Source: a virus
Lineage: Duplodnaviria; Heunggongvirae; Uroviricota; Caudoviricetes
IMG/VR virus record: IMGVR_UViG_3300036453_000040
Direction: 5' to 3' (one strand)
DNA: 33,597 nt
Shown here: positions 1 to 8,960 of the stretch, one piece after another
Layout: each line of letters starts with the position of its first letter
How positions within the stretch are numbered: position 1 is the first letter of the stretch
The notes under the pieces: generated by a model
Seen by the model: the letters and a program-made list of their open reading frames with translations, nothing else
What the model was told of the DNA's origin: nothing
Database searches by the model: none
Translations under genes and position numbers: made by a program

Positions 1-148
1 CTGAATCTTCATCACCCATGCATTCAACTATCCATTCTTTTACGGCAGAACGGGCTTCAAATACATCAAGTGTTCCCTCGACTAACCATGCTTCTGAGTC
101 TTCACCCAAGTCATGAACAATTAGTGTATCTATCATCATGTCAGTCAT
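1..148 (-). CDS. Hypothetical acidic protein, truncated at the window edge (MTDMMIDTLIVHDLGEDSEAWLVEG...)
   Basis: Manual translation; ATG at 148 preceded by an AGGAG-type RBS (ctcct at 156-160 on +); open to the window edge. Confidence 0.7.
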   Translation of the reverse strand, partial: MTDMMIDTLIVHDLGEDSEAWLVEGTLDVFEARSAVKEWIVECMGDEDS

Positions 149-257
149 TACTTTTCTCCTGTTTATCTTACTTCATATATAGGCAAAAACGGGAAACTAA
201 AACACAAGAAACCCTGATAAAAGCGTGGTATCCTTAATGAGAAAACGGGAAACAAAA

Positions 258-1250
258 CTAGCTCATTTCTTCTAGCTGAATTACTGTAACAGGTGTTGCT
301 TCTACTTGCCCGCGCGCATACAAAATGTTTTCTTTAATAGCGAGAACGCGATATTTACTTCCACGAGGAAGAAGAGCTTCCTGTTCAGTTCTTGAGGCAG
401 ACAAAGGAGCTACGGGAGCTGCGCTACGCGTTTTTATTTCCATGATAACGTTAAACTTACTAAACTTTTTTGCAGTTTCAGGCATATATGAAGTAGGCAT
501 ATAATATTGAGTTTCAAACGTTTCACCAACCTTGAAACGAGAAAGATATGCGGCTTGTTTGTCTTCAGTGGGCACACGGTAATTGTCTTGCATGCTAACG
601 GGAAGCATGCCCTCATGAATACCGCGATAAACTAGGACAGGTTCTTTAGACTTATACTTGGCAAGAGCAGAGTCAATTATTTCCATTCTCTCGTCCAAGT
701 TCTCAGCCGTCCATATTCCGTGGTGCGCTTTATAGGTGTTAATACCAGCGATATGCTTATTTGTTTGCATAGCACCAGTATCAGTCATCCACCTTAGTTG
801 AGCTATCTCATCAGAGTTAAGCGTATTTAACCATGGTGCTGATATGTTGTTGATATCTGTCATTGTTTGCTTGCCGTTCTTATTAGAACGAACTAAATCA
901 TCAGGAGGGAAAGAATTGTCAAAAGCTTCTGGAACTTGAACAAACGAGTGGTCAATTTTTTTGAGATCTAGCGCCTTTAACGCTTGCAGTTGCGTCGTAC
1001 GTACAGTTTTTGCTCGTTGATATCTTGCTTCCAATTGTGCGTTACTCCATGAGGTCTGCAACAGATCTTTGAGGACTTTTAAACCAGCTGGAGTAGCATC
1101 AAAAACGTCTTGCGCTTCTTCAACTTTTCGGTATGATTCAAGTGATTCCTCAGTTGAAGCATTTTTCAACTCTTCCTTGTATGTAAAAGCTGTCGCTAAC
1201 AAAGATGCCGCATGAGAACTGCAACGAGGGCCAGGTGAAGGATAACACAT
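258..1250 (-). CDS. ADP-ribosyltransferase (VIP2/ExoS/T4 Alt-like R-S-E clade) with an N-terminal C-x7-C-x2-H tag
   Basis: C-terminal motifs VLVYRG, YMPTS (STS-like) and TEQEALLPRGSKYRV (E-x-E); N-terminus MCYPSPGPRCSSH. Confidence 0.85.
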   Translation of the reverse strand: MCYPSPGPRCSSHAASLLATAFTYKEELKNASTEESLESYRKVEEAQDVFDATPAGLKVLKDLLQTSWSNAQLEARYQRAKTVRTTQLQALKALDLKKIDHSFVQVPEAFDNSFPPDDLVRSNKNGKQTMTDINNISAPWLNTLNSDEIAQLRWMTDTGAMQTNKHIAGINTYKAHHGIWTAENLDERMEIIDSALAKYKSKEPVLVYRGIHEGMLPVSMQDNYRVPTEDKQAAYLSRFKVGETFETQYYMPTSYMPETAKKFSKFNVIMEIKTRSAAPVAPLSASRTEQEALLPRGSKYRVLAIKENILYARGQVEATPVTVIQLEEMS

Positions 1251-1265
1251 ATATTATATATAACA
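1251..1265 (-). promoter_or_regulatory. Candidate element-specific promoter motif yGTTAnnTAT (tGTTAtaTATAatat-ATG)
   Basis: GTTA at -14..-11 from the ATG, the same position as upstream of 7885, 15262 and 21552. Confidence 0.55.
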
Positions 1266-1296
1266 ACTCAAGCGCTGTCTAAATAATGCTTTAAAC

Positions 1297-2091
1297 CTAT
1301 GCTTGGTCTGCAAGTTGATTTAATGTTTCAGTTTGTTCTGGGCAGTATGTAGCAACACCCGCTCCAATAATATAACTGCGTTCATATACAAGTTCATCAG
1401 AAATATCCGAGTTGCCACCCGACACGAGTTCTATCAAACTTGAAGTCATTGGTTCTTCACTAGACAGCAAAGCGCAACTTTCAAAAGCTAAAGCTTTCGC
1501 TTCTTCAAACGTGAGAACTGAAGTATCTATCAGTCCCAATGACAGACGGAAATTAGCATCTTGTTCAACTGCACTCGAAATAACGGGTTCATCAGCTACA
1601 GGCCCAGAGATAGTTGGATCGTTAGGAGTATCAGACCCCGTATTTGAAGCATTACCAGATACCCCCGTCATAACAGCCATCAATACAAAAAGCCCTACCA
1701 CTAGCAATAATAGAGCACCCGCTACAGATGAGACAATAACAATTGTCTTCTTCTTTGTGCTCCATCCCCTATTTTTTAGAGACGCAGGATTATAACCTTC
1801 TTGTTGCTCATAGCCATTACCTTGATGTGGCATGCCGTAGTTGAGTTGCTGGCCCTGCTGAGGGTAACCGTTAGGCTGTTGCGGAGTGACATGATTAGGA
1901 TTCTGTCCTCGTTGAGGCCGAGGTGGGAGGCTTGCAACTTGGTAAGGCAAAAACTTCTGTGGTGCCTGCTGAGGTGAGGGTGTACCGTTGTTAGGGTTCT
2001 GAGGTGGGTGAGGGTAGCCAGCGGGTGAGTTACTGTCATCAGCCTGATCATAAGGATTCTGATTCGGGTTACCGAATAACGGATTTGACAT
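1297..2091 (-). CDS. Membrane-anchored protein: Pro/Gln/Asn-rich N-terminus, one TM helix, C-terminal DUF732-like domain
   Basis: Low-complexity PQ/NP region; hydrophobic IVIVSSVAGALLLLVVGLFVLMAVM; C-terminal ESCALL...IIGAGVATYCP resembles actinobacterial DUF732. Confidence 0.6.
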   Translation of the reverse strand: MSNPLFGNPNQNPYDQADDSNSPAGYPHPPQNPNNGTPSPQQAPQKFLPYQVASLPPRPQRGQNPNHVTPQQPNGYPQQGQQLNYGMPHQGNGYEQQEGYNPASLKNRGWSTKKKTIVIVSSVAGALLLLVVGLFVLMAVMTGVSGNASNTGSDTPNDPTISGPVADEPVISSAVEQDANFRLSLGLIDTSVLTFEEAKALAFESCALLSSEEPMTSSLIELVSGGNSDISDELVYERSYIIGAGVATYCPEQTETLNQLADQA

Positions 2092-2220
2092 TTAACAGTA
2101 TCGCCTTTCTGGCTTTCCTTATAGGTATCGGAGAAAACTTAAAAGGCATTATGCACAGATCGCGTAAACCTGTGAACTATGGTAACAAGGTAACTCACAA
2201 GCAAAAAGGATTACTACCAT

Positions 2221-2871
2221 ATGATGATGGATGATTTCATTGAAAAGGAATACCTACAGCAAGATGTTGAAGCAGCAGCGTACTCTTTCATAGAGGCAGG
2301 TTTTGTCACAAAACTCGAACTAGCAGAAATGATTCTAGTAAACGTCCTTGATGGAGCTGTAACAGATATCCGCCATGATATGAAAGCAGCTAAAGCCCCG
2401 TTCGTAGAAGAATCCGTTATCGCAAAACGCGCCGAGGAGCTTATTAGGTTATTCTCTGATGAGCTTTACGACAAAACTGTCATTAAGCAAGAATCATGGG
2501 GTGGAACAACTCACCAGAAATTAGCTGTTGCATTTAAAGAGCTAGAGACACAGGGTATTCGCGCTGAAATGAATTTTGAGTGTTGTAACTCATGTGGAGG
2601 ATATGCCATGAAGAACGACGGAAAGTCGGAAGGTTACAAGGGGTACGTGTTCTTCCACGAGCAAGATATGGAAAGTTTACTTTTCGAACGCGTAATGTAT
2701 CTGTCTTACAGCATGTTTAACCAGAAATATGACAATGAGGAAGAGGTAGCTTTAGCTAAGCAAATCATAAAAGTTCTTAAAAAACATAGCTTCGAGATCG
2801 AATGGGATGGCACAGCTGATCATCGTATCAGAATTATTAACCTTGGATGGACCAAACGCCTCATTGACTAA
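2221..2871 (+). CDS. DUF6891-like protein
   Basis: AFKELETQGI..NFECCNSCG..GYVFFHEQD..IEWDGTADHRI pattern recalled as DUF6891. Confidence 0.65.
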   Translation: MMMDDFIEKEYLQQDVEAAAYSFIEAGFVTKLELAEMILVNVLDGAVTDIRHDMKAAKAPFVEESVIAKRAEELIRLFSDELYDKTVIKQESWGGTTHQKLAVAFKELETQGIRAEMNFECCNSCGGYAMKNDGKSEGYKGYVFFHEQDMESLLFERVMYLSYSMFNQKYDNEEEVALAKQIIKVLKKHSFEIEWDGTADHRIRIINLGWTKRLID

Positions 2872-2919
2872 AGCTTCTAGTTCTCTAAGGGAAAACGTTT
2901 TTCCTGCTATACTCCAGAG

Positions 2920-4131
2920 ATGCGAAGAAAAAGCTTTACTAAAAAACCACAAAACCGTAATATTAAGTCAGAACCGCAAGCTAAGACGTTAAAAGAAAAG
3001 CTGGGACTAGCCCACTCAAAAGAAGTTTCTAAGCCCGCAGATGCTACCTTGAGCGCGGCTGAAGACAACATGAGCAACCAATGGGGTGATGGTTTCGGCA
3101 GGCTAGCAACGCGCGCCGCTCAAGGTTTACTTGTACTTACAGCAGTTGCGCTTATCGTTTACGCCATGGTGACACTCAGCATCGTAGTCATCCCGCTCCT
3201 TATCGCAACGATCATCGCTTGCGCAGTTCAACCGTTCGTTAACTTCTTAGAACGCAAAAAGATACCCCGTTTATTCGCAACTATTATTGCTTTGCTTACT
3301 GGAGCAGTAGGTTTTTCAGCTATAGCTACACTGGTAATATTGGGCGTGAAAAACGAGTGGGCAACGCTTACCAAAGAAGTTAACAACGGCATTAATCAGG
3401 TGACAACATTCCTAGCTTCAGGTAGCTCGCCTATTAACAAAGAGCAAATGCATGAGATCACTGCCGCTGCGACGGAGTTCTTCACTAGCGCTCAGTTTGG
3501 CTCTGGAGCGCTAGCTGGAATAGGTGGGGCATTCTCTGCGCTCGCTGGGTTTGCTCTCACAATTGTTATCCTATTTTTCTTCGTCAAGGATGGCCCTGTA
3601 ATCTGGCGTTTTCTTATCGCAGCGTTTAAGCCCTCCATCCGTACGAAGATGAAACGTGTAGGAGAAAGTTCCGTTAAAGTATTAGGCGGGTATATTACAG
3701 GAACAACTGTGGTAGCTCTAGTAGATGCAATTCTAATTGGAGCCGCCCTCTGGATTCTACAGGTACCTCTAGCTTTGCCGCTGGCTCTCGTTGTTTTTGT
3801 AGGAGCTTTTATCCCCATTGTTGGAGCAACACTAGCTGGAGTTATAGCGGCCTTAGTAGCACTAGTAACAAATGACCTCAATACTGCAATTATAGTTGTA
3901 GCTGTAGTAATTGGAGTTAACCAACTTGAAGGAAACTTTCTTGCCCCCGTTGTGCTAGGGAACGCTTTAAAGCTTCACGCATTAGTTATCTTGCTTGCTC
4001 TTAGTATTGGAGCTATCCTTGGAGGAATCGTAGGGACCCTGCTATCCGTCCCAATTGCGGCTGTCTTATGGGCTGCCGTCAAAGCATGGAGAGGCGACTC
4101 TCATCAAAAACTAAAAACCAAGTTAAATTAA
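2920..4131 (+). CDS. AI-2E family (PerM-like) transporter
   Basis: Many TM segments; FFFVKDG, FIPIVGA, NQLEGNFLAPVVLG, GIVGTLLSVPIAA family motifs; TGcTATACT 6 nt before the ATG (leaderless). Confidence 0.9.
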   Translation: MRRKSFTKKPQNRNIKSEPQAKTLKEKLGLAHSKEVSKPADATLSAAEDNMSNQWGDGFGRLATRAAQGLLVLTAVALIVYAMVTLSIVVIPLLIATIIACAVQPFVNFLERKKIPRLFATIIALLTGAVGFSAIATLVILGVKNEWATLTKEVNNGINQVTTFLASGSSPINKEQMHEITAAATEFFTSAQFGSGALAGIGGAFSALAGFALTIVILFFFVKDGPVIWRFLIAAFKPSIRTKMKRVGESSVKVLGGYITGTTVVALVDAILIGAALWILQVPLALPLALVVFVGAFIPIVGATLAGVIAALVALVTNDLNTAIIVVAVVIGVNQLEGNFLAPVVLGNALKLHALVILLALSIGAILGGIVGTLLSVPIAAVLWAAVKAWRGDSHQKLKTKLN

Positions 4132-4141
4132 CTTAGTTAAC

Positions 4142-4191
4142 TAAATAGTTATAGCCGTCAAATATACTATTTTGACGGCTATAACTATTTA
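4142..4191. terminator. Bidirectional terminator-like hairpin, 21-bp stem
   Basis: taaatagttatagccgtcaaa / tttgacggctataactattta between convergent genes. Confidence 0.8.
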
Positions 4192-4623
4192 TGCAAGGTT
4201 TTCAACCTCGATCAAAACACGATCTATCTGGCCATTACGTAAACAATGATAAGCAGTAGTACCACCAAAGCTTTTACGTTTAGTTGCTAACCATAACGCT
4301 ACCTCATCTGGTGACCGAACAAGCTTGACTTTCAGCATGTCTACGACTTCTTTTAGATGAGGTAATAATTTACCACTAATACCAAACTGCCACGCGGGGA
4401 ATAGGAAACTATCTCCATGTTCATCATAAACTGATACAAGATACCCATCAATGCGTAGTTTTTCAATCTCTTCAACTTTAAGATCTAGCCAATGTGCAAT
4501 ACCAGCTATCTCATATAACGGACCAATCTTACGATCCCATGCTTTTTCTTCTTGGCGCTCTTTTATAGACGTAAATAAAACGTTTTGGTTGAGCAGAGAA
4601 GTTTTAAACATAGATAAAGCCAT
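4189..4623 (-). CDS. Rv2175c-like DNA-binding protein with a MbcA/ParS/Xre-type C-terminal domain
   Basis: FLFPAWQF...VVDML...DEVALWL...FGGTTAYHCLRNGQIDRVL pattern; short HTH-like N-terminal part. Confidence 0.6.
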   Translation of the reverse strand: MALSMFKTSLLNQNVLFTSIKERQEEKAWDRKIGPLYEIAGIAHWLDLKVEEIEKLRIDGYLVSVYDEHGDSFLFPAWQFGISGKLLPHLKEVVDMLKVKLVRSPDEVALWLATKRKSFGGTTAYHCLRNGQIDRVLIEVENLA

Positions 4624-4730
4624 TCAGTAGAAGTTTATAGGAATTTGCATACTAATAAGCGAGAATGAACTTAGGAACATGCTTTTATAAGCGTTTTATT
4701 GTGTTAATTTGCTATTAGCTAGAAAATAAG

Positions 4731-4767
4731 AAAATACGACCCATGTAGAAAACATGGGTCGTATTTT
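4731..4767. other. 16-bp perfect inverted repeat in a divergent intergenic region (terminator or operator)
   Basis: aaaatacgacccatgt-agaaa-acatgggtcgtatttt. Confidence 0.7.
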
Positions 4768-4921
4768 ATCTTACAGGAAAAGGATTACTAAATGGTTAAC
4801 AGTAAAACACACAATTTAATTCCTTCTACGAAGTTTTTTGTGAGAGGGCCGTGACTCTTGTGGTCGGGGAGACTTCATATACCCACTAAAGTCAAACTCG
4901 TAGCTCCAAACCAACAACTGC

Positions 4922-4950
4922 TTGACTTTTAAAGAACAAGCTGCTAGCAT
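4922..4950 (+). promoter_or_regulatory. Sigma70/SigA-type promoter
   Basis: TTGACT-N17-TAGCAT with an upstream TG. Confidence 0.55.
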
Positions 4951-4981
4951 ACAATCAGAGAACAATTATGAGGAGAGAAAC

Positions 4982-5314
4982 ATGATTACGAAACGCTGGG
5001 CAGGAATCCTTCGACAGGTTATTGCCGACGCACGCGAAGATGCTAACACTGCGGGCACCCGCAACGGTGGCTACAATGTTTTTCGCTGCTGGCGTCCAAA
5101 CATGAGTTGTACTGAGATGGCCGTAAAGATGGATGCTTACGATAAGTCCTATGAAACTGGACTATATGTGCGAGCTTTGACCATGAATGACTCCGAGAGG
5201 AAGGCTCTCTCGAAGCTTATGAATTACTGGCGCACGGATGACGCAGGACGAGAGCGCCTTGACATTCTTGCCCGTGTTGAAGCACTGGAGAACGCTGTTG
5301 GAGTTAAGAACTAA
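4982..5314 (+). CDS. Hypothetical protein (start revised from 4922)
   Basis: GAGGAG RBS before ATG 4982; the TTG at 4922 coincides with the -35 box. Confidence 0.7.
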   Translation: MITKRWAGILRQVIADAREDANTAGTRNGGYNVFRCWRPNMSCTEMAVKMDAYDKSYETGLYVRALTMNDSERKALSKLMNYWRTDDAGRERLDILARVEALENAVGVKN

Positions 5315-5327
5315 CCAACAAATGACA

Positions 5328-5377
5328 ATATAAGTAATGGCCCCAACTACAGCTGTAGTTGGGGCCATTACTTATAT
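5328..5377. terminator. Perfect 50-bp palindrome with GCCCCAACT core at a convergent junction
   Basis: atataagtaatggccccaactacag|ctgtagttggggccattacttatat. Confidence 0.85.
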
Positions 5378-5378
5378 G

Positions 5379-6002
5379 CTAGGGGCGCTTGCGAGATACT
5401 AGAATCTGGTCAATGATTCCATATTCTAGCGCTTCCTGAGCCGTAAGAAACTTGTCACGGTCAAGGTCACTGGAAACAGTTTCAATTGGCTTACCAGTGT
5501 GAAAAGCTAGCGTGCTTTCAAGCCACTTGCGCATACGAAGAATCTCTTCCGCTTGAATCTCAATGTCAGACGCTTGACCGCGTTCGCCCTGAGAAGAAGG
5601 CTGATGAATTAGGATTCGTGCGTTAGGCAGGGCAGACCGCTTACCCTTTTGTCCACCTGCAAGCAAGAGAGCAGCAGATGAGGCAGCTTGACCAAGGCAA
5701 ACTGTATTAATATGAGGAGAAACATACTGCATGGTATCGTAAATTGCAGCAAGCGCAGTCATGCTTCCACCTGGAGAGTTGATATACATGGTAATATCCG
5801 CTTCGCGGTCCATGGACTCAAGTACTAGAAGCTGTGACATTACATCATCAGCGGAAGTATCATCAATCTGAACTCCAAGGAAGATAACCCGCTCCTGAAA
5901 AAGGCGAGTATAAGGGTCCTGAGTTTTCACACCATAGGCAGTGCGCTCCTCAAACGAGGGTAGGACATACCGTGAGCTAGGCATCGTGTCTTGAATGTTC
6001 AT
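5379..6002 (-). CDS. clpP2: ATP-dependent Clp protease proteolytic subunit, actinobacterial ClpP2 type
   Basis: [28 protein letters not shown] (Ser), LIHQP (His), RDKF (Asp). Confidence 0.93.
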   Translation of the reverse strand: MNIQDTMPSSRYVLPSFEERTAYGVKTQDPYTRLFQERVIFLGVQIDDTSADDVMSQLLVLESMDREADITMYINSPGGSMTALAAIYDTMQYVSPHINTVCLGQAASSAALLLAGGQKGKRSALPNARILIHQPSSQGERGQASDIEIQAEEILRMRKWLESTLAFHTGKPIETVSSDLDRDKFLTAQEALEYGIIDQILVSRKRP

Positions 6003-6634
6003 TATTTTGCCGCCTTTTCAGTTCTAGAGATTACAACGTCATTAACGTTAGCTTGAATGTGATCGAAGAAACCAAAAGCTAGAGCTTCCTCAGCGTTGTA
6101 CCAACCGTCACGGTTACCAGCAGCATGAATCTCTTCTACCGTGTGCCCCGTGTTCTCTGCTGTGATAGCAGCTAGGCGATGCTTCATGTCGATGATGAGC
6201 TTAGCCTGCGTCTGAATGTCATCAGAAGTACCGCCAAAGCCACCTGAAGGCTGATGAAGAAGAACCCGAAGGTTAGGCGTAGCGAACCGCTTGCCTTTTG
6301 TTCCAGAGGAAAGGAGGAACTGACCCATTGAGGCGGCCATACCAATTCCAATAGTAACAACATCATTGGGAATAAGGTTCATCGTATCGTAGATCGCCAT
6401 ACCTGAGGTGATCGAACCACCTGGAGAGTTGATATAAATATAAATATCTTTTTCAGGGTCTTTAGCAGAGAGAAGAAGCAACTTTGCGCAAATCTCATTT
6501 GCCATGCCGTCATTTACGTCTGTACCAAGCCAGATGATACGACTCGGAAAAAGTTGATCAAAAACTGTTCCAGCGGGAGCAGCGGGTGATGGTGAATTAG
6601 CCAAGTAATTTACTTCCTTCATATGTAATTTCAA
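6002..6634 (-). CDS. clpP1: ATP-dependent Clp protease proteolytic subunit, actinobacterial ClpP1 type
   Basis: [36 protein letters not shown]; TAATG stop/start overlap with clpP2; exact start uncertain. Confidence 0.92.
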   Translation of the reverse strand: MKLHMKEVNYLANSPSPAAPAGTVFDQLFPSRIIWLGTDVNDGMANEICAKLLLLSAKDPEKDIYIYINSPGGSITSGMAIYDTMNLIPNDVVTIGIGMAASMGQFLLSSGTKGKRFATPNLRVLLHQPSGGFGGTSDDIQTQAKLIIDMKHRLAAITAENTGHTVEEIHAAGNRDGWYNAEEALAFGFFDHIQANVNDVVISRTEKAAK

Positions 6635-6732
6635 CCTCGCAAGAGGAGATACTTGAATCCTATCATGGATTAGAAATAAAACCTAATTTTGCACCAGCTA
6701 TCATCAACATCGGAAGAAGAAAAGTAGTATAT

Positions 6733-7206
6733 TTATGTTACTTTTCTTGGACGCACCCTAATTAAACGATCTTCAGCAGGACGATAATAACCTCTTATCA
6801 TAGATTCAGTAACGAAACCATATTTATTGCCTAAGTTAATTGATGCCGTGTTCTCAGGTGATACAGTCATAGCTGACGCTTTGCCTACTTCATCTAAATA
6901 CTTGCAGTATGCGCTTAATAACTGGGACCCAATACCTTGACGGACGTATTCTTTATCAACGAATATTTTATGAGCAAAATGAAGCTCAGGGTCCCTAGTA
7001 TCAAATGCGCAAAGAGCACCGACAACTGCGCCGTCAGGTGTTACCGAAGCACACACAAAAGAATGCTCCACCCATACTCTCCATGAGTGTTCTCCGTCAG
7101 GGACAAACTGTGCATCCGCTGAATTTGCCCAAACTCTGCGATCAAGCTCGGCAACCTGAAGAAACTTATCAATAGGTTGAAGAACAGTAGTTAAGTTAAA
7201 GCTCAT
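6733..7206 (-). CDS. GNAT family N-acetyltransferase
   Basis: KIFVDKEYVRQGIGSQLL (motif A) and ENTASINLGNKYGF (motif B). Confidence 0.88.
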   Translation of the reverse strand: MSFNLTTVLQPIDKFLQVAELDRRVWANSADAQFVPDGEHSWRVWVEHSFVCASVTPDGAVVGALCAFDTRDPELHFAHKIFVDKEYVRQGIGSQLLSAYCKYLDEVGKASAMTVSPENTASINLGNKYGFVTESMIRGYYRPAEDRLIRVRPRKVT

Positions 7207-7313
7207 AATTAGGTTTGTCTTTCTGCTAGGTTAAGATATCGGGTATGAACGAGTTCGGAAGTTAGTTGCATCTCAACCTAGAGTATTTCTTTGTTACATG
7301 CTATTATAGAGAT

Positions 7314-7799
7314 ATGTCACAATCAGAAAACAAGAAAGATACGCCTACCAGCAGGAACTCACGCTCAAAAAGTGCTGTTGCTCTCATGAGCGACTTTGGT
7401 GGAATTCTCATAAGAAATGTCGCTGTAGGAGATCATAAATTAACTGCTGTTTCTAGCACAGCAGGAATACTCCAAGCACGTTTTAAGATCGCCCCAGACA
7501 ATACACTTGAAATGGAGCCTGATTTTGAGCAACTGATCATAAACATGGCTACAAATATAGCGGTCAATGAGTCAACCTATGGTGTAATTTTGCGATCCAC
7601 TCTGAGTAAGCCTAAATCCTTACTTCATCATGAAGAAGTTCGCTCGTGGAGGATCAGCAGCCTACATGGTATCGAAGCTATTAGCTCTCAAGAAACCATA
7701 GAAGCGCAATGCACAGATTACAGTACGGGTAAACTAATCAGCCCAGAATCTAACGTTACATATTGTGACGCATGGGAAAACGAGCTAGAAACTGAATAA
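7314..7799 (+). CDS. Hypothetical protein (start revised from 7266; likely leaderless)
   Basis: TGcTATTAT 6 nt before ATG 7314. Confidence 0.7.
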   Translation: MSQSENKKDTPTSRNSRSKSAVALMSDFGGILIRNVAVGDHKLTAVSSTAGILQARFKIAPDNTLEMEPDFEQLIINMATNIAVNESTYGVILRSTLSKPKSLLHHEEVRSWRISSLHGIEAISSQETIEAQCTDYSTGKLISPESNVTYCDAWENELETE

Positions 7800-7869
7800 C
7801 AGCTAAACTCAACATACAACAGAACTTGTCGAATTAAAAAGAAACGAATTCAAGTCGAGCATAAAACGC

Positions 7870-7884
7870 TGTTAGGTATATAGC
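7870..7884 (+). promoter_or_regulatory. Candidate promoter motif tGTTAggTATAtagc-ATG
   Basis: 13 of 15 nt identical to the upstream of 21552 (cGTTAgtTATAtagc). Confidence 0.6.
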
Positions 7885-8733
7885 ATGAAGATAGCGCCAA
7901 GCAAGTGCAGCAAAAAACGAAATGAGTACTGCCGCATTCACAACCCTGAGCCAAAAGGGTTCACTCCCGAGAACCGTCGCCGTTTCATCATGCAGGGAAT
8001 CGTAGCATATCGCGCTCAGCAAGCAACCAACTCTAAGCCTGCCTGCGTCCCCGAAGCTGAATCTTATGCGAAGCAGGACGCGGAACAAGCTAGCCTTGAA
8101 AACGATAAGCTAACACAAGAGCACGCTTATCGAGTAGCAGACCTAGACAAGCACATGAACTTAAAAGTTAACAATAAAACAGGAGAGCGAACTATCTCCG
8201 TATACAGAGCAGGAGTACCTCAAGCTCCCTCAGCGCGTACGATAGAAAAAGAATCATATCTTACCGCTGACTCACATGCACCTGAGGGACGACAGGGGCG
8301 CATGTCAGCCGTTTTCGCGTCACCCACCATGCATGGAGTGACCGCATGGGTTAGAGGCACTAGCAGCGTTGTCAGCGATTGGGGAGTAAGAGAGATTCGT
8401 GTTAACCCTGATGAAGTTTACGTTTATTCTGTAAGAGCATGGGAGAAAGCCTCACGGGAAGAAGCAGATCAAGATTCCTCAAAAAAGTATTGGGCTACAG
8501 GTATAACGCTTACAGAATGGAACGAAAAACTGAGATCAGATCCTCAGCTAGACCCACAAGAATGGGAACTACTCATAGGTGAGTCACAGTTTAAAGCTAA
8601 ACCGAAGCCAGTAGCTGCTGAAAAAGTAGCAAGGAGTTCATACTCATCTGATAACGGAGAACCTAATCTAAACTTACTTCTCCTCCTTACCAGAGACCTA
8701 AAGAAGCGCAAGCAAGCAGATAAAGCTTCTTAA
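7885..8733 (+). CDS. C-x7-C-x2-H-tagged protein with a possible divergent ART-fold domain
   Basis: N-terminus KCSKKRNEYCRIHNP; ISVYRAG...VFASPT...REIRV; the fold call is weak. Confidence 0.55.
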   Translation: MKIAPSKCSKKRNEYCRIHNPEPKGFTPENRRRFIMQGIVAYRAQQATNSKPACVPEAESYAKQDAEQASLENDKLTQEHAYRVADLDKHMNLKVNNKTGERTISVYRAGVPQAPSARTIEKESYLTADSHAPEGRQGRMSAVFASPTMHGVTAWVRGTSSVVSDWGVREIRVNPDEVYVYSVRAWEKASREEADQDSSKKYWATGITLTEWNEKLRSDPQLDPQEWELLIGESQFKAKPKPVAAEKVARSSYSSDNGEPNLNLLLLLTRDLKKRKQADKAS

Positions 8734-8796
8734 AATAGCAACTAACTATATAATTGACCGTTATTTTAATTCTGCTCCGATAATTAAACCAAATAC

Positions 8797-8825
8797 TTGA
8801 CACTATTGTTAAGTTATGTTAGAAT
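8797..8825 (+). promoter_or_regulatory. Near-consensus sigma70/SigA promoter
   Basis: TTGACA-N17-TAGAAT with an extended TG. Confidence 0.8.
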
Positions 8826-8960
8826 GGACACATGATGATTAAAGAAACTGCAACCCAGTATACGTAGGTACCTCTCGACCTTTGGGATTCCTCTTAAGTG
8901 AGCCGCTGATAACTCGCCGCTAAACACCACTTAAACCAAACTAACAAAGGAACCCAAATC

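Noticed and set aside
4624-4680. 18-codon in-frame upstream ORF ending in TGA right before the ATG of 4189..4623
   Set aside because: No RBS and no regulatory codon pattern; this is expected by chance in AT-rich DNA.
5379-6634. ClpP genes as a phage prohead protease
   Set aside because: They closely follow the cellular actinobacterial ClpP1/ClpP2 pattern as a coupled pair and have no portal or capsid neighbours.
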